Shown here in pieces: positions 1 to 14,702 of a stretch of DNA of 64,000 nt. The stretch comes from Eledone cirrhosa. Its lineage: Eukaryota. The notes below the pieces were generated by a model, which was given only the letters and a program-made list of their open reading frames with translations, searched no databases and was not told the origin of the DNA. The position numbers and the translations under genes are program-made. Position 1 is the stretch's first letter; each line of letters begins with the position of its first letter. Location of the stretch: contig OZ024741.1 in NCBI GenBank assembly GCA_964016885.1, positions 33,046,001 through 33,110,000 of the forward strand, in the 5' to 3' direction.

Positions 1-143
1 GCAGTAAGACGTCTGAGATTGTAGATTCCACTACTTTTTTTTATCATTTATCGATTGTATTTTGACGATAGTTCACTACTGCTTACTTTAATGCGTTTTT
101 GTCTGTATATATATGTACATATATTTATATATATACTATATAC

Positions 144-174
<31 letters not shown>

Positions 175-197
175 GTATATATATATATATGTATATG

Positions 198-260
<63 letters not shown>

Positions 261-264
<4 letters not shown>

Positions 265-469
265 GTAGAACAGTGGAGGGTTATATCCGTTGTAGTAGAG
301 CACTCAGTCCATGGGACGAGTTTGCTAGAAGTAGTTCCACAACAGTTAGTTCAACATACCGAGAACAAATGTTTCACCTTACGTGGATCATCAGACCGAG
401 CTGATGATCCGCATAAGGTGAAACATTTGCTCTCGGTATGTTGAACTAACTGTTGTGGAACTACTTCTA
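261..469. mobile_element. Fold-back HHR mini-element (family 1) in (TA)n
   Basis: Inverted arms ~326-394 / 401-469 around spacer ACCGAG; (TA)n on both sides; second copy at 10188-10392. Confidence 0.8.
395..437 (+). ncRNA. Minimal type I hammerhead ribozyme
   Basis: ACCGAG-CTGATGA-tccgcataaggt-GAAAC-ATTT-GCT-CTCGGT; the opposite arm reads GAAAC-ATTT-GTT-CTCGGT, restoring the NUH triplet. Confidence 0.75.
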
Positions 470-648
470 TATATATATACATATATACATATATATATTG
501 AGTATATGTTGGTTGTTTACCGACACCTCAGTATGCAGATTGGAGCATTCGACGAAGTACGCAGGTAGGTTTGTTTACTCCGGAGTAATGTAAAATAATT
601 AAGTCAAATATGTAAAATTTGGCTTCCTTTATTATGAATTATAGATAT

Positions 649-703
649 ACTGCTATATATATTTCGGTGACAGCCATCATAGGCTGTGACCTCTTCAGGC
701 AGT
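649..703 (-). ncRNA. Hammerhead ribozyme (family 2)
   Basis: Minus strand ACTGC-CTGAAGA-GGTCACAGCC-tatgat-GGCTGTCACC-GAAA-TATATA-TA-GCAGT; helices I and II and the core are complete. Confidence 0.85.
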
Positions 704-815
704 CCGAAATGGTGTATGAAAGACAGGTACACATGTTGTTGAAGTGTGTTTTACTCCGTCAATACATCGATATGTCCAGCTCCTGGTTATGTTGTTATTT
801 CTCTGAGGAACTGGA

Positions 816-862
<47 letters not shown>

Positions 863-991
863 AAAGTTATATTTAAATTGTTGGGTTACAACTAGTAAAT
901 ATTTATAACTGATATAAAAGCACTCAACAAGTATTTGGAGTATATTTACGATATTAAATAAATGGAAACTATATTTATAAAACCATATTTA

Positions 992-1053
992 TTTCATTAT
1001 ATATATTTCAGGGATATCATATTAACAATATGTTATGCCTTCTTCAGACAAAA
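992..1053 (-). ncRNA. Hammerhead ribozyme (family 3)
   Basis: Minus strand TTTTGT-CTGAAGA-AGGCATAACATA..TATGATATCCCT-GAAA-TATATA-TA-ATGAAA; homologs at 35349 and 51422. Confidence 0.75.
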
Positions 1054-1118
1054 TACAATATAGACAGTTTTATAGATAAATAGATTTGACATATATAGTT
1101 TCCATTTATTTAATATCG

Positions 1119-1435
<317 letters not shown>

Positions 1436-1532
1436 ACTGATATTTCGTTTTCTATTCTACCATACTCTGCTCTGTAAGAGCATAGAGTGCTCAACCGGCC
1501 TACCGCCTATGGAAGCATCTTAGCTACCATCA

Positions 1533-1683
<151 letters not shown>

Positions 1684-3256
1684 GTATGTATGTATGTATG
1701 TATGTATATGTAAGTATGTATGCATATTTATATATCTTCTTCGCCCACATATTCCTGATGGGGTCGTTGGGACAGAAGCAAATTTAATTTTTGAAATTCC
1801 CGCCAATTCACGTTCCCTAGCAACAGTCGACTCTGTCTTCTTCGCATGACGTCATTTGTTGCTCACTTTCAGTCATTTCAGTTTAGTAGTTTCTAATTGT
1901 GATGCATGCGATTTAGACACTGGGGCCCTCTAACATTTTGGATCCTGCTGACGAAATTATATATATATAATTAGATATTTTAGTTTAAAGGTAACTTGAA
2001 TCACCTTGGTCTCCAGCTGTACACCCATATTAATGGGTTACGACTTGCTTCATTGTTAAGTGGTAAGGTACAATAAAATAAGTAGCCAGAGTTTGGAATC
2101 AGACCTTAAACTATCCAGCTAAATACCACAATGCACCCTGCTAATAATCATCATTTGCAAATTAGATAATGCTTTATCCATAAACCTGAGTTCAAATTTT
2201 ACTGATTTCGAATTTGCCTTTCATCATTCTGTGGTGAATAAAATACATACTCCTCGGGTAACGAAGACGCTACAAAAAAGAAGTGTTATAACCTTACAAA
2301 AATGCATGAGTTTGGTAATTGCTGTAAACTTTTTCGATAAGCTGTAATCAAATTGGCGTTCATATATTTTTGCCGATTCATAAGTTCAGAAAATAGTCAC
2401 TTATTGAAGAATTAGATTAGAACTCAGAAGAATGTGAATAACGGAAATAAGAAGCATGCCTGTATTATTTCGAGTATTAGGCTAAATATTTAAGAAGCTT
2501 CACCACTAATAAAATCAAACAAGGGAAAATTTCCCAACGCCGATCTCATAAAGGAAGCCCATGAGATTAGCGTAACTTAAGATGACTCCCATCTCCATTT
2601 AAAAGAAAACAAAAAGCGAAACGGCGACGTAGAGTTAGTTATCTTGGCATAAGAAAAGGAAATCGAAATTTTATATAAATCTATGAAGATGAAAATCGGA
2701 AAGTGGTTTTACTGTGGAATAAGAATGGTTCTGAAATATCAAATAAAATCACAAGAAAAAACGAAAAATCTAAAAGAAAAATTAGATGAAATACCATTGA
2801 CTAGCTTTATTTATGTCTTACGTTGATCCTTAGCAAAATCTGTGTTGAATGAATCATGAAATTCCATAAGATACGCGTCAGTCACAGAATAACCTTTCAA
2901 TAGAATGCTTCAAAGATAGGCGCTTACAAAGAAAATAAGTTCTTTCGTTGACATAAAACTATATATAATCCTAAAAGAGAACACATGGACCTAATGATAT
3001 AGTTACTACGTGGTCCCTCCACCACTTAAACATCGCAGTGAAATCTCCCCTCAGATTGCATATTATTGTCCCAATATGGAACACATTGATAAACCTTTGA
3101 CCTGTTAGAAATAACAGTTAAATATTCATAAAGCTATACTCTATTATATGAATAAAGGATATGCTGAAAATATTGTCCAGGGTATACTATTCTTGAAAAT
3201 ACGAAAGCCTTTGGTTATGGGTGAACTCAATCTGGGCTGATCTAGGGCTAAACATC

Positions 3257-3506
3257 AGTGGTGGTGGTGGTGGTAGTGCGGTGGTGGTTGTGGCAGTAAT
3301 GGTGATGGCAGTGGTGTTGGTGGTGGCTGTGGTGGTGGTGGCAGTGGTGGTTGTGGTGGCAGTGGTGATGGTGGCAGTGGTGGTGGTGGTGGTAGTGGTG
3401 GTGGCAGTGGTGGCAGTGGTGGCAGTGGTGGTGGTGGTGGTGGTGATAATTGTGGTGGCTGTGGTGGCAGTGGTGGTGGTGGTGGTGGTGGCAGTGGTGG
3501 TGGTTG
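3257..3506. repeat. Imperfect (GTG)n/(GCA) trinucleotide repeat
   Basis: Direct reading. Confidence 0.9.
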
Positions 3507-4030
3507 CTATAGTTTAGCTTTAAATTAATCATCATTGAGCAGACCTGTTTAAATGTATTTCTGTTGTGACCCTCCCATATTTTTAGACGTATTTTCAACT
3601 CCAATATCTTTCCCTTATCTAAAAACATAGGGTGGTACCTAAAGAAAATTTATTGCAATTTCTATCAGATTAATCGATTATGTGAAGCTTCCTCGTTGTT
3701 GTGTCTAGTGAGATTGATTGGGTTATATCATCAAGTATCGTCCGCTCGCAGCATGTGGAATATATCGTTCTAATGCTATCCATGGTTAACTACTGATGTG
3801 TACAATCCCTTCTATAATGGATGCTAGGTTATGATGTGATCTGGACTTGAGAATACAAAGCGATGGAGCAAATACCGAAAGATATTCCGTCCGGCCATCT
3901 CAACATACGGCTAATCCACCACAATAGACTTTCTTTTACCTGTTGTAATACCATAACTCCTGAGGAAATCGTAGGGACACCGTATTAACATGCGGTGTTT
4001 CTTGGGAATTTTTAAAAACCTGATGAAGGC

Positions 4031-4061
<31 letters not shown>

Positions 4062-4266
4062 CAATATGTAGAAAAGATAACACACCAGAGAGAGAGAGAT
4101 AGTACGTTATCAGTCAAACAGGGAAAAACCACCAGTGTATGGAATCTATAGCTCATGGAAGACAAAGTAGACACAATAATTAAAAGTATAAATCAAAGTG
4201 CAAATACGTACCTTGATAACTATCTAACAGGGAATAACAAGAGTCTATGGCTCCTTTAATTTATCG

Positions 4267-4330
<64 letters not shown>

Positions 4331-4921
4331 CTTAAAATGGAATGAGAATAAGAAGAAAGTAAGAACGGGGAGGGGATGAGCCTTCCTCATCAGTTGTCTA
4401 CTGGGGTTCTCGGATATTTCAACGCTTTAAAGACAACATATCTACCCGGAGCGTTCAATAACTAGGGAAGTTATTGGGAAAACGGAGGAGGGAGGGAAGG
4501 AAAATAGAAGGGAAAAGGGAAAAGGGGAAGAAAAGAGAAAACAGCGAAAAAAAAACGAACAAATCGAAGAATGTGTAAGCAACTGAAGGCAAGAGAATCC
4601 AGGACCACAGCCGTAACAGAGCTTAAGTTGAAGAGCGTGTGGGCGAACGAAAAGACACGACTGACCCAAGCGTGTGTAAGTGAGAAAATGACTGCGAGAA
4701 GGTCAGGCGAGGGAAGGAATGAGGTATATATATATGCGTGTGTGTGTGTGTGTGTGTCTGTAGTGAATGCACGTGACTTTGTGTTTAGGGTATTCGGCTT
4801 ACAATCGTAAGGTCGAGAGTTCTATTCCTGGTGGCGCGTTTCTCCAGTCCACTCAGCTAGTAAAAATGAGTTGTGCCTGTAATTCGAAGTGTTCCGCGAG
4901 ACCAAAACAATACGAATGAAT

Positions 4922-5156
<235 letters not shown>

Positions 5157-5504
5157 CAAAAAAACACACACGCATACTTACGCCTTCACGTATTCTCCCA
5201 CACACTTAAACATACATGTACAAAACCCTTTTAAAGGGAGACAACTCTTTATCCACCTAAACTTCACTCTTTACATTAGAGATAGAATGGAATCTCTATA
5301 CCATTTCCTGTCAGCATGACTTGGCAAGCTAATTAGAACACTGGATTAACCCCTTTACTACCCTCCGAACAAGAGATATTATCTCGAAAATTAAGGATAT
5401 TTAAATAAATTTAAGGTAAAAGACTAATTGTCAACAATATCTTTTGCATTTGCATTTATATTCTATATCCACACCTGCATTGTCTTGGCCTTACAACTCT
5501 AGAC

Positions 5505-5570
<66 letters not shown>

Positions 5571-5794
5571 AAATTTGTTATCGTTGTTAACATGGTGGAT
5601 ATCCGTTTTTCTGATATGCTAGAGGTACAAGCAAAAGTCATCTTCTTATTCTTGTGAGCCGAGTATTTCATCTGAAGATATCGTTCCCAAAATAACAAAT
5701 GCATATACTACATCTTGGATTGCGTAAGGGAACCATTGAAATAATTATAATGAATAAACGATTTATGTAATCTCAACATCTTTCTTAATGCTAT

Positions 5795-5844
<50 letters not shown>

Positions 5845-5850
<6 letters not shown>

Positions 5851-6140
5851 AATAAGAGATGAAATCGAAAATGCAACTGAAGTCTTATTTTAAAAAAATA
5901 TATATATATTTATTTGGTTCCTTTACCGGTTTCGCAGTTCTTTTGCTTTTCAAAAGGTGAGTTGAGATGGAGGGTCTGTGGTTTTTCTCAGATGTGAGAA
6001 AAACCACAGACCCTCCATCTCAACTCACCTTTTGAAAAGCAGAAGAACTGCGAAACCGGTAAAGGAACCAAATAAAGATATATATTTTTTTTTAAAATAA
6101 GACTTCAGTTGCATTTTCGATTTCATCTCTTTTTCTTTAT
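5845..6140. mobile_element. Fold-back HHR mini-element (family 4)
   Basis: Near-perfect ~145-bp arms, apex TTCTCA-gatg-TGAGAA at ~5990. Confidence 0.8.
6028..6065 (+). ncRNA. Hammerhead ribozyme, U3-A8 core variant
   Basis: CCTT-TTGAAAA-GCAG-aagaa-CTGC-GAAACCGGTA-AAGG. Confidence 0.7.
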
Positions 6141-6196
6141 ACTTTCACTCGTGTAGGACACCTCGGTTATTTTTCATTTTGTAAAAAAAACCTCAC

Positions 6197-6240
<44 letters not shown>

Positions 6241-6244
<4 letters not shown>

Positions 6245-6710
6245 TTCCTCCTCCTCCTTCAAGTTTGACCTGTGTGTAATTCTTTTCTCGCGCAGTCTTG
6301 ACCGAGCTGGTAATAATTTTTTTTCTCTCTCTCTTTCGTCTGCGACTTCACAAAACTTGCGTTTACCGAATTCGTAGACCAGTTTTCGTTCTCTTTCTCT
6401 CTCTCCTTTTTCCCCCCTGTCGAACTTGGGCGAAATTCTTTCCTTGCTCACATTTCTACCAGGTTCGATGGTCTTTCGCCTCTTGTTCACGATTTCACAG
6501 AGTTTATATTCATAGAGATCTGGGACTTGTCTATTTCTACTCACTTTCCGTTGCTATAACCCTTTTGTTGTTACTCTAATGTCCCCCTTTATTTACGTGT
6601 CCCAACGACTTTTTTTAGCCGTTGTTCGCACCAACCTGAGGCATATGGCCCTTAAAGCGATGAAATGCCGAGGACGGTTGGAGGGTCACTGATGAGGACT
6701 CACTTTTTCA
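6241..6710 (+). repeat. Dispersed ~470-bp non-coding family ending shortly after CTGATGA
   Basis: Homologs at ~11770-12120 (+) and 23507-23990 (-), and more distantly 4330-4720 (-). Confidence 0.7.
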
Positions 6711-6809
6711 TATATATATATATATATATATAACAAAGGAATTGTGGTAAGGAACCAGATGGACCACAACGCACCAGAGTACTCAATACTTAGGGTAGTA
6801 GAATGGGAA

Positions 6810-6922
6810 ATAGGAAAAAGTATGACCCCGACGGCAGAGATCAAGCCGTTTCGACGGCTATTTCTGGACCCAGAAATAGCCGTCGAAACGGCTTCAGCTC
6901 TGCTGTCGGGGTCATAATTTTT

Positions 6923-6927
<5 letters not shown>
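6810..6927. repeat. Fold-back palindrome with HHR 3' half
   Basis: Arms joined at ~6868; right arm TAGCCGTC-GAAAC-GGC..GCT-GTC-GGGGTC. Confidence 0.7.
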
Positions 6928-7016
<89 letters not shown>

Positions 7017-7021
7017 TATAC

Positions 7022-7076
<55 letters not shown>

Positions 7077-7077
7077 C

Positions 7078-7292
<215 letters not shown>

Positions 7293-7515
7293 CACACACA
7301 TATATATATATTTAGCAGTATTAGTTGTAGATGTTATCGCCACTTTAGCAGGGTGGTAGAATCAGTGGTCTTTAGTTGCCAGTGTGGTAAGTGATAGTAT
7401 CCTCGTTGGATTATCTTGTTGACATAGACGTGAGGGAAGGTCCCTCGATCTATTTACCATCTATTCACAATATTCCTTTCGTCAGGTCGCCAATTCCAGC
7501 AGCATGGATTAAAGA

Positions 7516-8000
<485 letters not shown>

Positions 8001-8035
8001 CCTTATCGAGTCGTCTTTTGTATTTTAGTCTTCAC

Positions 8036-8222
8036 TTGGCAGTATCGGTAGAGGGTCTGACGCCAAGCTTTGCAGCAAAGAGTTACGGCCCTTTATGTTC
8101 TAAGTTCAAATCCTGCCGAGGTTAACTTTGCCTTTCATCCTTACAGGGTCGATGAAATAAAGTACCAGTAATACACTGGGTAATTGCTGGCCTGGTGCCA
8201 AAAGTAGAAACAATTATTATTA
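8036..8222 (+). mobile_element. tRNA-derived SINE with Deu/Nin-like central domain
   Basis: A-box TGGCAGTATCGG, B-box GTTCAAATCC, GCCTTTCATCCTTACAGGGTCGATGAAATAAAGTACCAG, (ATT)n tail. Confidence 0.8.
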
Positions 8223-9499
8223 CTATATATATATAGAGAGAGAGAGAGGGGGGAGAGACAGAGGAGGGGAGAGATAGGGGGCGATACAGCTGATGTCAGT
8301 TCACAAACGTTTGATGGTATAGAAAAAAATAAAGACGAAAATGCGCACAAACAGTATATCTAAAATTATACAGTTTACAATAGTAGTATAATATTAGTTA
8401 TATTAGTTACAATTTATCATCAACAGTGAAAGATTTAACTGGTTTTCTCCGTCGCTTCGCTATTCATAAAACTTTACCGTAAATAAATGTCATCCAATCT
8501 TTGACATTAAAGTAGAATGTGATATTTTTGTTTTGACAGAATATTAGTCCTAAACATTCAAGAGTGGTTTATATTTGTTGATTAGTAATTTCGCCTTGTT
8601 CAGTAATGTCATCTACAAATTGATAAACTGAAATAATTCTGAAGCTGGGAAAGTTATTTTTCCAGTGCACTTTTCTATATGTTGAACTTACATCTTGGTG
8701 CTGTTGTGTGAGGGCGTTCATCCGTTTTCCTAAACTATTACCAGTGATTCCTATGTAATTAGCTCCACATCCACATCATAGACGTGATTACCTGATGAAA
8801 ATGTTAAACTATTTTTATCTTTAAAAGATTGTCCATCGTAGAATCTTAATTCCGAGCCTTGCAGTATATATTCACAAAATCCTCAAATATGTCTTCCATA
8901 TTTTGTTACTCTAGGTTTGGAAACCTGTTTGTGAATTTTAGCAATTGTAGTTTAGTTTTTCAAATGTTTTTTTGTTGTCGTTTGCTCTTTATAATTTGTT
9001 GAGTCTCCAAGATTGTTTTCATCTTTTAATCATTATGCAAAAGTTGTATATTCTTATGAATATAGCTATACATTACATTATTCTTCGGATTGTATGTTTT
9101 ATATTTGTTTATTTTTTACTGTTAGAAAATTTTGAATATTTAAACTTTTCGCTCGTTCTAATCCACGTTTCATAAAGCTAGTGTGGCGGCAAACGAAAGA
9201 AAAGAACAATCAACACGTCAGCTGTTTCAAGTCGAAGACACGCCTAAATCATTAGATCTATTTGACATATGTAAAAGAAGATGGAGTAGGGTCTTTTGAG
9301 CCATGTTTCTATGGACCTCCATTGGTTGGCTCAGATCTCGTGGTGGTGTTAATAAGTCAATAATAACACGAGGAAATGTGCATCTTAGTGGCACCATCAA
9401 TCTCAGGAGAATTTCTTGATTTACACATGTTTTCATTTTTAAACAACTTGTCGCGCGGTGTTATGTCAAACTGTTAATATATATATCATCTTCTTCATT

Positions 9500-9810
9500 A
9501 CGACCACATTAGAAACATTCCTGACAAAGTCTCTCCACAATTAAAGATTTTCCATTGTTCCTGACAACTGCTCTCTACAGAGGTTTTTATTGTCTCAGAG
9601 TTGATCGATGAAGATTACAGTATGCATTCCTCTACTGCAGGTCACCCGTTTTTTGGTTGCCGCAATAGTAACTTGTGAATAACTCCCGCAATGTCCTATA
9701 AACCGTGACCATCTTTCAGTATTTCTAGTTGTTATCTTGAGCAAGTTTCTATACACATTTTCATTTAAAATACGTTCAGGCCAGATTATGTTTGGTACAA
9801 CCTTAAGCAT
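9500..9810 (-). mobile_element. Old RTE-like LINE 3' fragment
   Basis: Peptide NIIWPERILNENVY...RWSRFIGHC...RG..TVIFIDQL resembles the RTE ORF C-terminus. Confidence 0.55.
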
Positions 9811-9843
9811 TTTAGTGTATACACAACATATATGTGTGTCTGC

Positions 9844-9874
<31 letters not shown>

Positions 9875-9907
9875 TGTGTGTGTGTGTCTGTGTGTGTGTG
9901 TCTGTGT

Positions 9908-9991
<84 letters not shown>

Positions 9992-10111
9992 GTGCGTGCG
10001 TGTATATGTGCGTGAGTGCGTGCGTGTATATATATATATGTATATATATATAGATATATATATATATATATATATGTAGAGAGAGAGAGAGATATAGAGG
10101 GAGAGAGAGAG

Positions 10112-10187
<76 letters not shown>

Positions 10188-10190
<3 letters not shown>

Positions 10191-10388
10191 GTAAGACAAC
10201 AGTTAGTTCACCATACCGAGAACAATTGTTTCACATTAGCGGATTTTCAGCTCAGTCCGAGCTGAAGATCCGCAAGGTGAAACATTTGTTCTCGATATGG
10301 TGAACTAACTGTTGTCTTACTACTTCTACCAAACTCGTCCCATGGACTGAGTGCTCTACTACAACGGATGTAACCCTCCAGTGTTTTA

Positions 10389-10392
<4 letters not shown>
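10188..10392. mobile_element. Fold-back HHR mini-element (family 1, second copy)
   Basis: CCGAG-CTGAAGA(10262)-tccgcaaggt-GAAAC-ATTT-GTT-CTCGA; arms 10188-10323, tail to 10392. Confidence 0.8.
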
Positions 10393-10424
<32 letters not shown>

Positions 10425-10497
10425 CCATGTATTTCTGTACTCATCATGCTTACAAACTTATACTTCATAGATACAATTACACACATACACATGACGT

Positions 10498-10633
<136 letters not shown>

Positions 10634-11498
10634 ATCATCTTACCAGAAGCCTAATATTATTTATGTAAGCGGAGAGTACTTGATTTAGGAGTCGCAGAAA
10701 CCCAAATGCTGGATTTTACCAACCTTCCAGGGGTCCGGGTAAATTTTCAATCACATATATTTTTATTTGTTTGACCCGAATTATTTCATCGTTTTTTTTT
10801 TGCTGTGCGGATGATTGTTTAACCATCGTCTCAGTGTGTTTGGCCTTTAACGTTTGTTATAGCTCTGGTTCATCTGAATCATTGAGCACTTGCCACACAT
10901 CTCGGAGGTTGTTTTTCGTTATTTCATAGGCCGAAATACGATTCTCGATAATTTATATGTGTATTTATATATATATTTACAGACATGCATATATATTTAG
11001 ATATATAAATGCATAATTTCTGAATTTCTGACATACACATTCATACAACGCCTGCACATACAAACACTCATGCACACACACTCATAGACATCCATACCCA
11101 CTCACACACATACACAATTATAAATTCAAAACAAATACATTCATTATAGCATTCTACTTACATACTTATACTAGAGAGTTCACCTTTCTACCTACAGACA
11201 GTTCTACAGTAATTCAATGCCTTCTTAACTAGCCTTGGATATTTAATATTCTCGTAGTATAAACAAAGACGTGTAATTTGGATTAAAGAAAGCTATGCCA
11301 TTAGTGAAACTGTAAATGTCTATAAAGCTTCTCAGGATCCTCAATGTCTAAAACTAACTGCTTTGTTGCATTGAGAATGTCTTACGGCAATATATTCGGT
11401 TTTGCCTTTGGAAATAAATCCAAAATGCGTATACATGTTATTGTAATTCTTGGAACATTATCTTATGAACATTTATTCTTCACTATTTTATTTTTCAC

Positions 11499-11559
<61 letters not shown>

Positions 11560-11717
11560 ATATCTATCTATCTCTCTCTCTATCTCTCTCTCTATATATA
11601 TATATGTGTATATATATATAGATATATATTTATATATATATATATATATATATCTATATATTTATATATATATATATATATATCGGGTTGAGCTCAGCCG
11701 TCGGGGTCCTACTCGTT

Positions 11718-11768
<51 letters not shown>

Positions 11769-12127
11769 TCACCCTCTCTCTCACTTCCTCCATCGTCCCA
11801 CACCCGTGCGAAATTCTTTCCTCGCTCACATTCTCACGGCCAAGATGTGTATTTGCCTTCTCATCAATATTCGCAAGTTCTTATGTTCAAATGAATCATT
11901 GACTTGATTTTCTCATTTTTTCCTCTCTTTACGTTGCCTCACCATTCGTGTTTGTTTACCTGTCTCTCTTTCTCCACCCAACTCTTTTTATCCCAATAAC
12001 TTATTTTAGTTATTGTTCGCGCTAGCCTGAGGTATCTGGTCTTCAATGCGAAGAAATACCTATGATGGCTAGTAGATCACTGATGATGGATAGTCGTGGC
12101 TTCTATTTCTAATTCTTCATTTTAATT

Positions 12128-12240
<113 letters not shown>

Positions 12241-12567
12241 ATAGATAGGTGAATGTGTGTATATGTGTGTAATTATATGTATGTAACTGTAAATATATGT
12301 GTGTGTGTGTGTATAGGCATGTAAATCCCTATATATCGAAAGAATGCCTGTGAGATTAAGTATTGCTCTTCACAAATACATGACATGTGGTTCGGTCTTA
12401 CTGCGCGATAGCTTGAGATTGTTTTCCACTGTTTACCATAAACGCCGATCTACACAAGCCTTGCGGGTCATAATGAACACACGGAGGCTGTTAATGTGCA
12501 GAAGTCTGTGACATGGACGCTTCCTATTCTTAGCTGGTAGACACTTGGTTTAACAGTACCACCTTAA

Positions 12568-12680
<113 letters not shown>

Positions 12681-13159
12681 CGAGTATGTCGATGCCTGTC
12701 TTAGTTTATAAGACATATAGGCCCTATGGTCAGACTTAAGCTGTTTCGATGGTAAAATGAAAAGTGTTCTCATTGAAACGTTTTAAGCTTGAATGTAAGT
12801 TTCATATGTCTTCTCTGTGTGTGAGTGTGTGTTTGTATGTGTGCGTAAATGAGGTTGTGCACATGTGTGTGAGGTCAGCATGAATGGTGGGGGGCGGGGG
12901 TGGGGATATACTGAACAATCAGATGATACGTTGACGATTTACATACTGTTATATAACACTTTGTCATGGTTCTTTTCATTACCTTTTCCAGTGACTCTTA
13001 GGGGAAGGGATGAATATATCTTCAAACGGGGGACCAGGTAGTGTTGTTAAACCGGATAAAGAATTATGTCTACTGCTGAAGTAGGCTACAACAGAAACTT
13101 GAGTAAATACTGCAATTCTTTTCGTCTGGCGTTTTAGATATTCCTCAAATCCGCCAACC

Positions 13160-13292
13160 TGAACTGGTACTTTATTTTACCCGTCCTGAAACCATGAAAG
13201 GCGACACTGGACGCAGCAATATTTGAACCCAGAACACAAAACGTCGAAATATTATCGCAAAGCATTTTGTGCTATATTCTAACAATTCTGCT
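13160..13292 (-). mobile_element. Decayed SINE (Deu/Nin-like)
   Basis: Reverse complement of the GCCTTTCAT...AATAAAAGTACCAG motif and B-box. Confidence 0.55.
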
Positions 13293-13317
13293 ACGTAACC
13301 TAGACACTGTTTCTTAA

Positions 13318-13546
13318 CCCTTTGGCATTTACATTACTCTATATATACTATTATTATATTTAATATTATATTTTCATAGTAAGGCTCACATAATTAGCTC
13401 ACATGATATCCGATCTATGAGATTTTGATATTATTTATGTTGAGAACAATATCTTAACATCAGTATGAGCAGCCGGTTACAGCTGCTTTGAACAGAAAGT
13501 GGTGAGAGAATTCTGGCCGGATATGGCCGGTTTAAATGCTAAAGGG
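13318..13546. mobile_element. piggyBac-type MITE
   Basis: TTAA|CCCTTTGGCATTT ... AAATGCTAAAGGG|TTAA terminal inverted repeats with TTAA target-site duplication. Confidence 0.75.
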
Positions 13547-14663
13547 TTAAGTGTTACAGCCTACCTAGTTCGAATCTGTGCATTCTACAGTAATGTGAAT
13601 AAGGTGTGCATTAGTTCCAGTGTTTTTGCGGCTTTGTAAATGCTCAGTTGCAAACATTTCGCCCAGACATCCAATCTAGGATAATTTCGTCCCCGCTGCC
13701 CAACAGTCTCACAAGCCCTTAAAATTAACGGCCATGCCCATTAAACTTCTCTCATTTTCCTGACTAGCTGATAATAAATATGTTCCTGAATGTCAATGTT
13801 TATAATTTTAATTGCATGTGTACATAAATTAGATGCACAGGTGACCACGTGGATAAGATACATAAAGACCAGTCTGACATGTCAGCAGTATATATGCTGG
13901 TAACGCTTCTCCACTTTCTAGGTAATGACCAATACATTTCAATTACCTTATAGACACAAGAGGTTAAAGGCTACTCAAAGCTCTATGTAGAGGTAGTAAT
14001 ATGACTTGCTGTTGGCTAACTGAGACTAGGTTCCATGTTTGGAGAGTTGTAGTTTCTCTATTACGCTACACATAATCGTGGTCTTCTGTAATAATGGTAT
14101 GTGTATGAATCTGTCTATGTTAGCAAACATTCTTGACTTTATGTGTATAGCTATATGCATATGTATGTATGCAATCCCAATCTTACCACAACAAACCATA
14201 ATAAACAACAATGAATGAGAAACCAAAGGAGCTAGAAATAGCAGTATAATACCCCTTGTATAATAAATTTGTTCCATCTTCAAAATCCATAGAATTTCCA
14301 GGTTTGTATTTAATTGTGTAGTTACATAGCCCAGTGCACATACAATAATAGATACAAATATGCCAAGCTATATTATAGCCAAGCTATATTATTTCACCAT
14401 TCGTGTACCTCTTTTCACAACTTTAGACACTAGGCAACTCACGTCTGCCTCACTTTGATTCCCTTACTTATATAAATATATTATGTATGTTGTGTTTGCG
14501 CCAGATTGCGGTTTTTATTAGAATCACCCTCCAGTATTCCATATTTTTAAGGGTATTGATACATTCTTGTCAAGGTCCTTGTATGTATTCGGCATGGTCG
14601 ATAGGAGAGACATTGCTGCGGATAGCATTGTTAATTGTTTACACAAAATTTTATGTTCGTATA

Positions 14664-14701
<38 letters not shown>

Positions 14702-14702
<1 letters not shown>

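Noticed and set aside
3221-3628. Poly-Val and poly-His ORFs
   Set aside because: Products of a GTG/CAC repeat, with no flanking domain or splice support
6635-6675. SECIS-like or pistol-like reading of the TGAGG..AAAGCG..CGAG stem
   Set aside because: Spacing and pairing do not fit either consensus, and the UGA/GA quartet is not kept in all homologs
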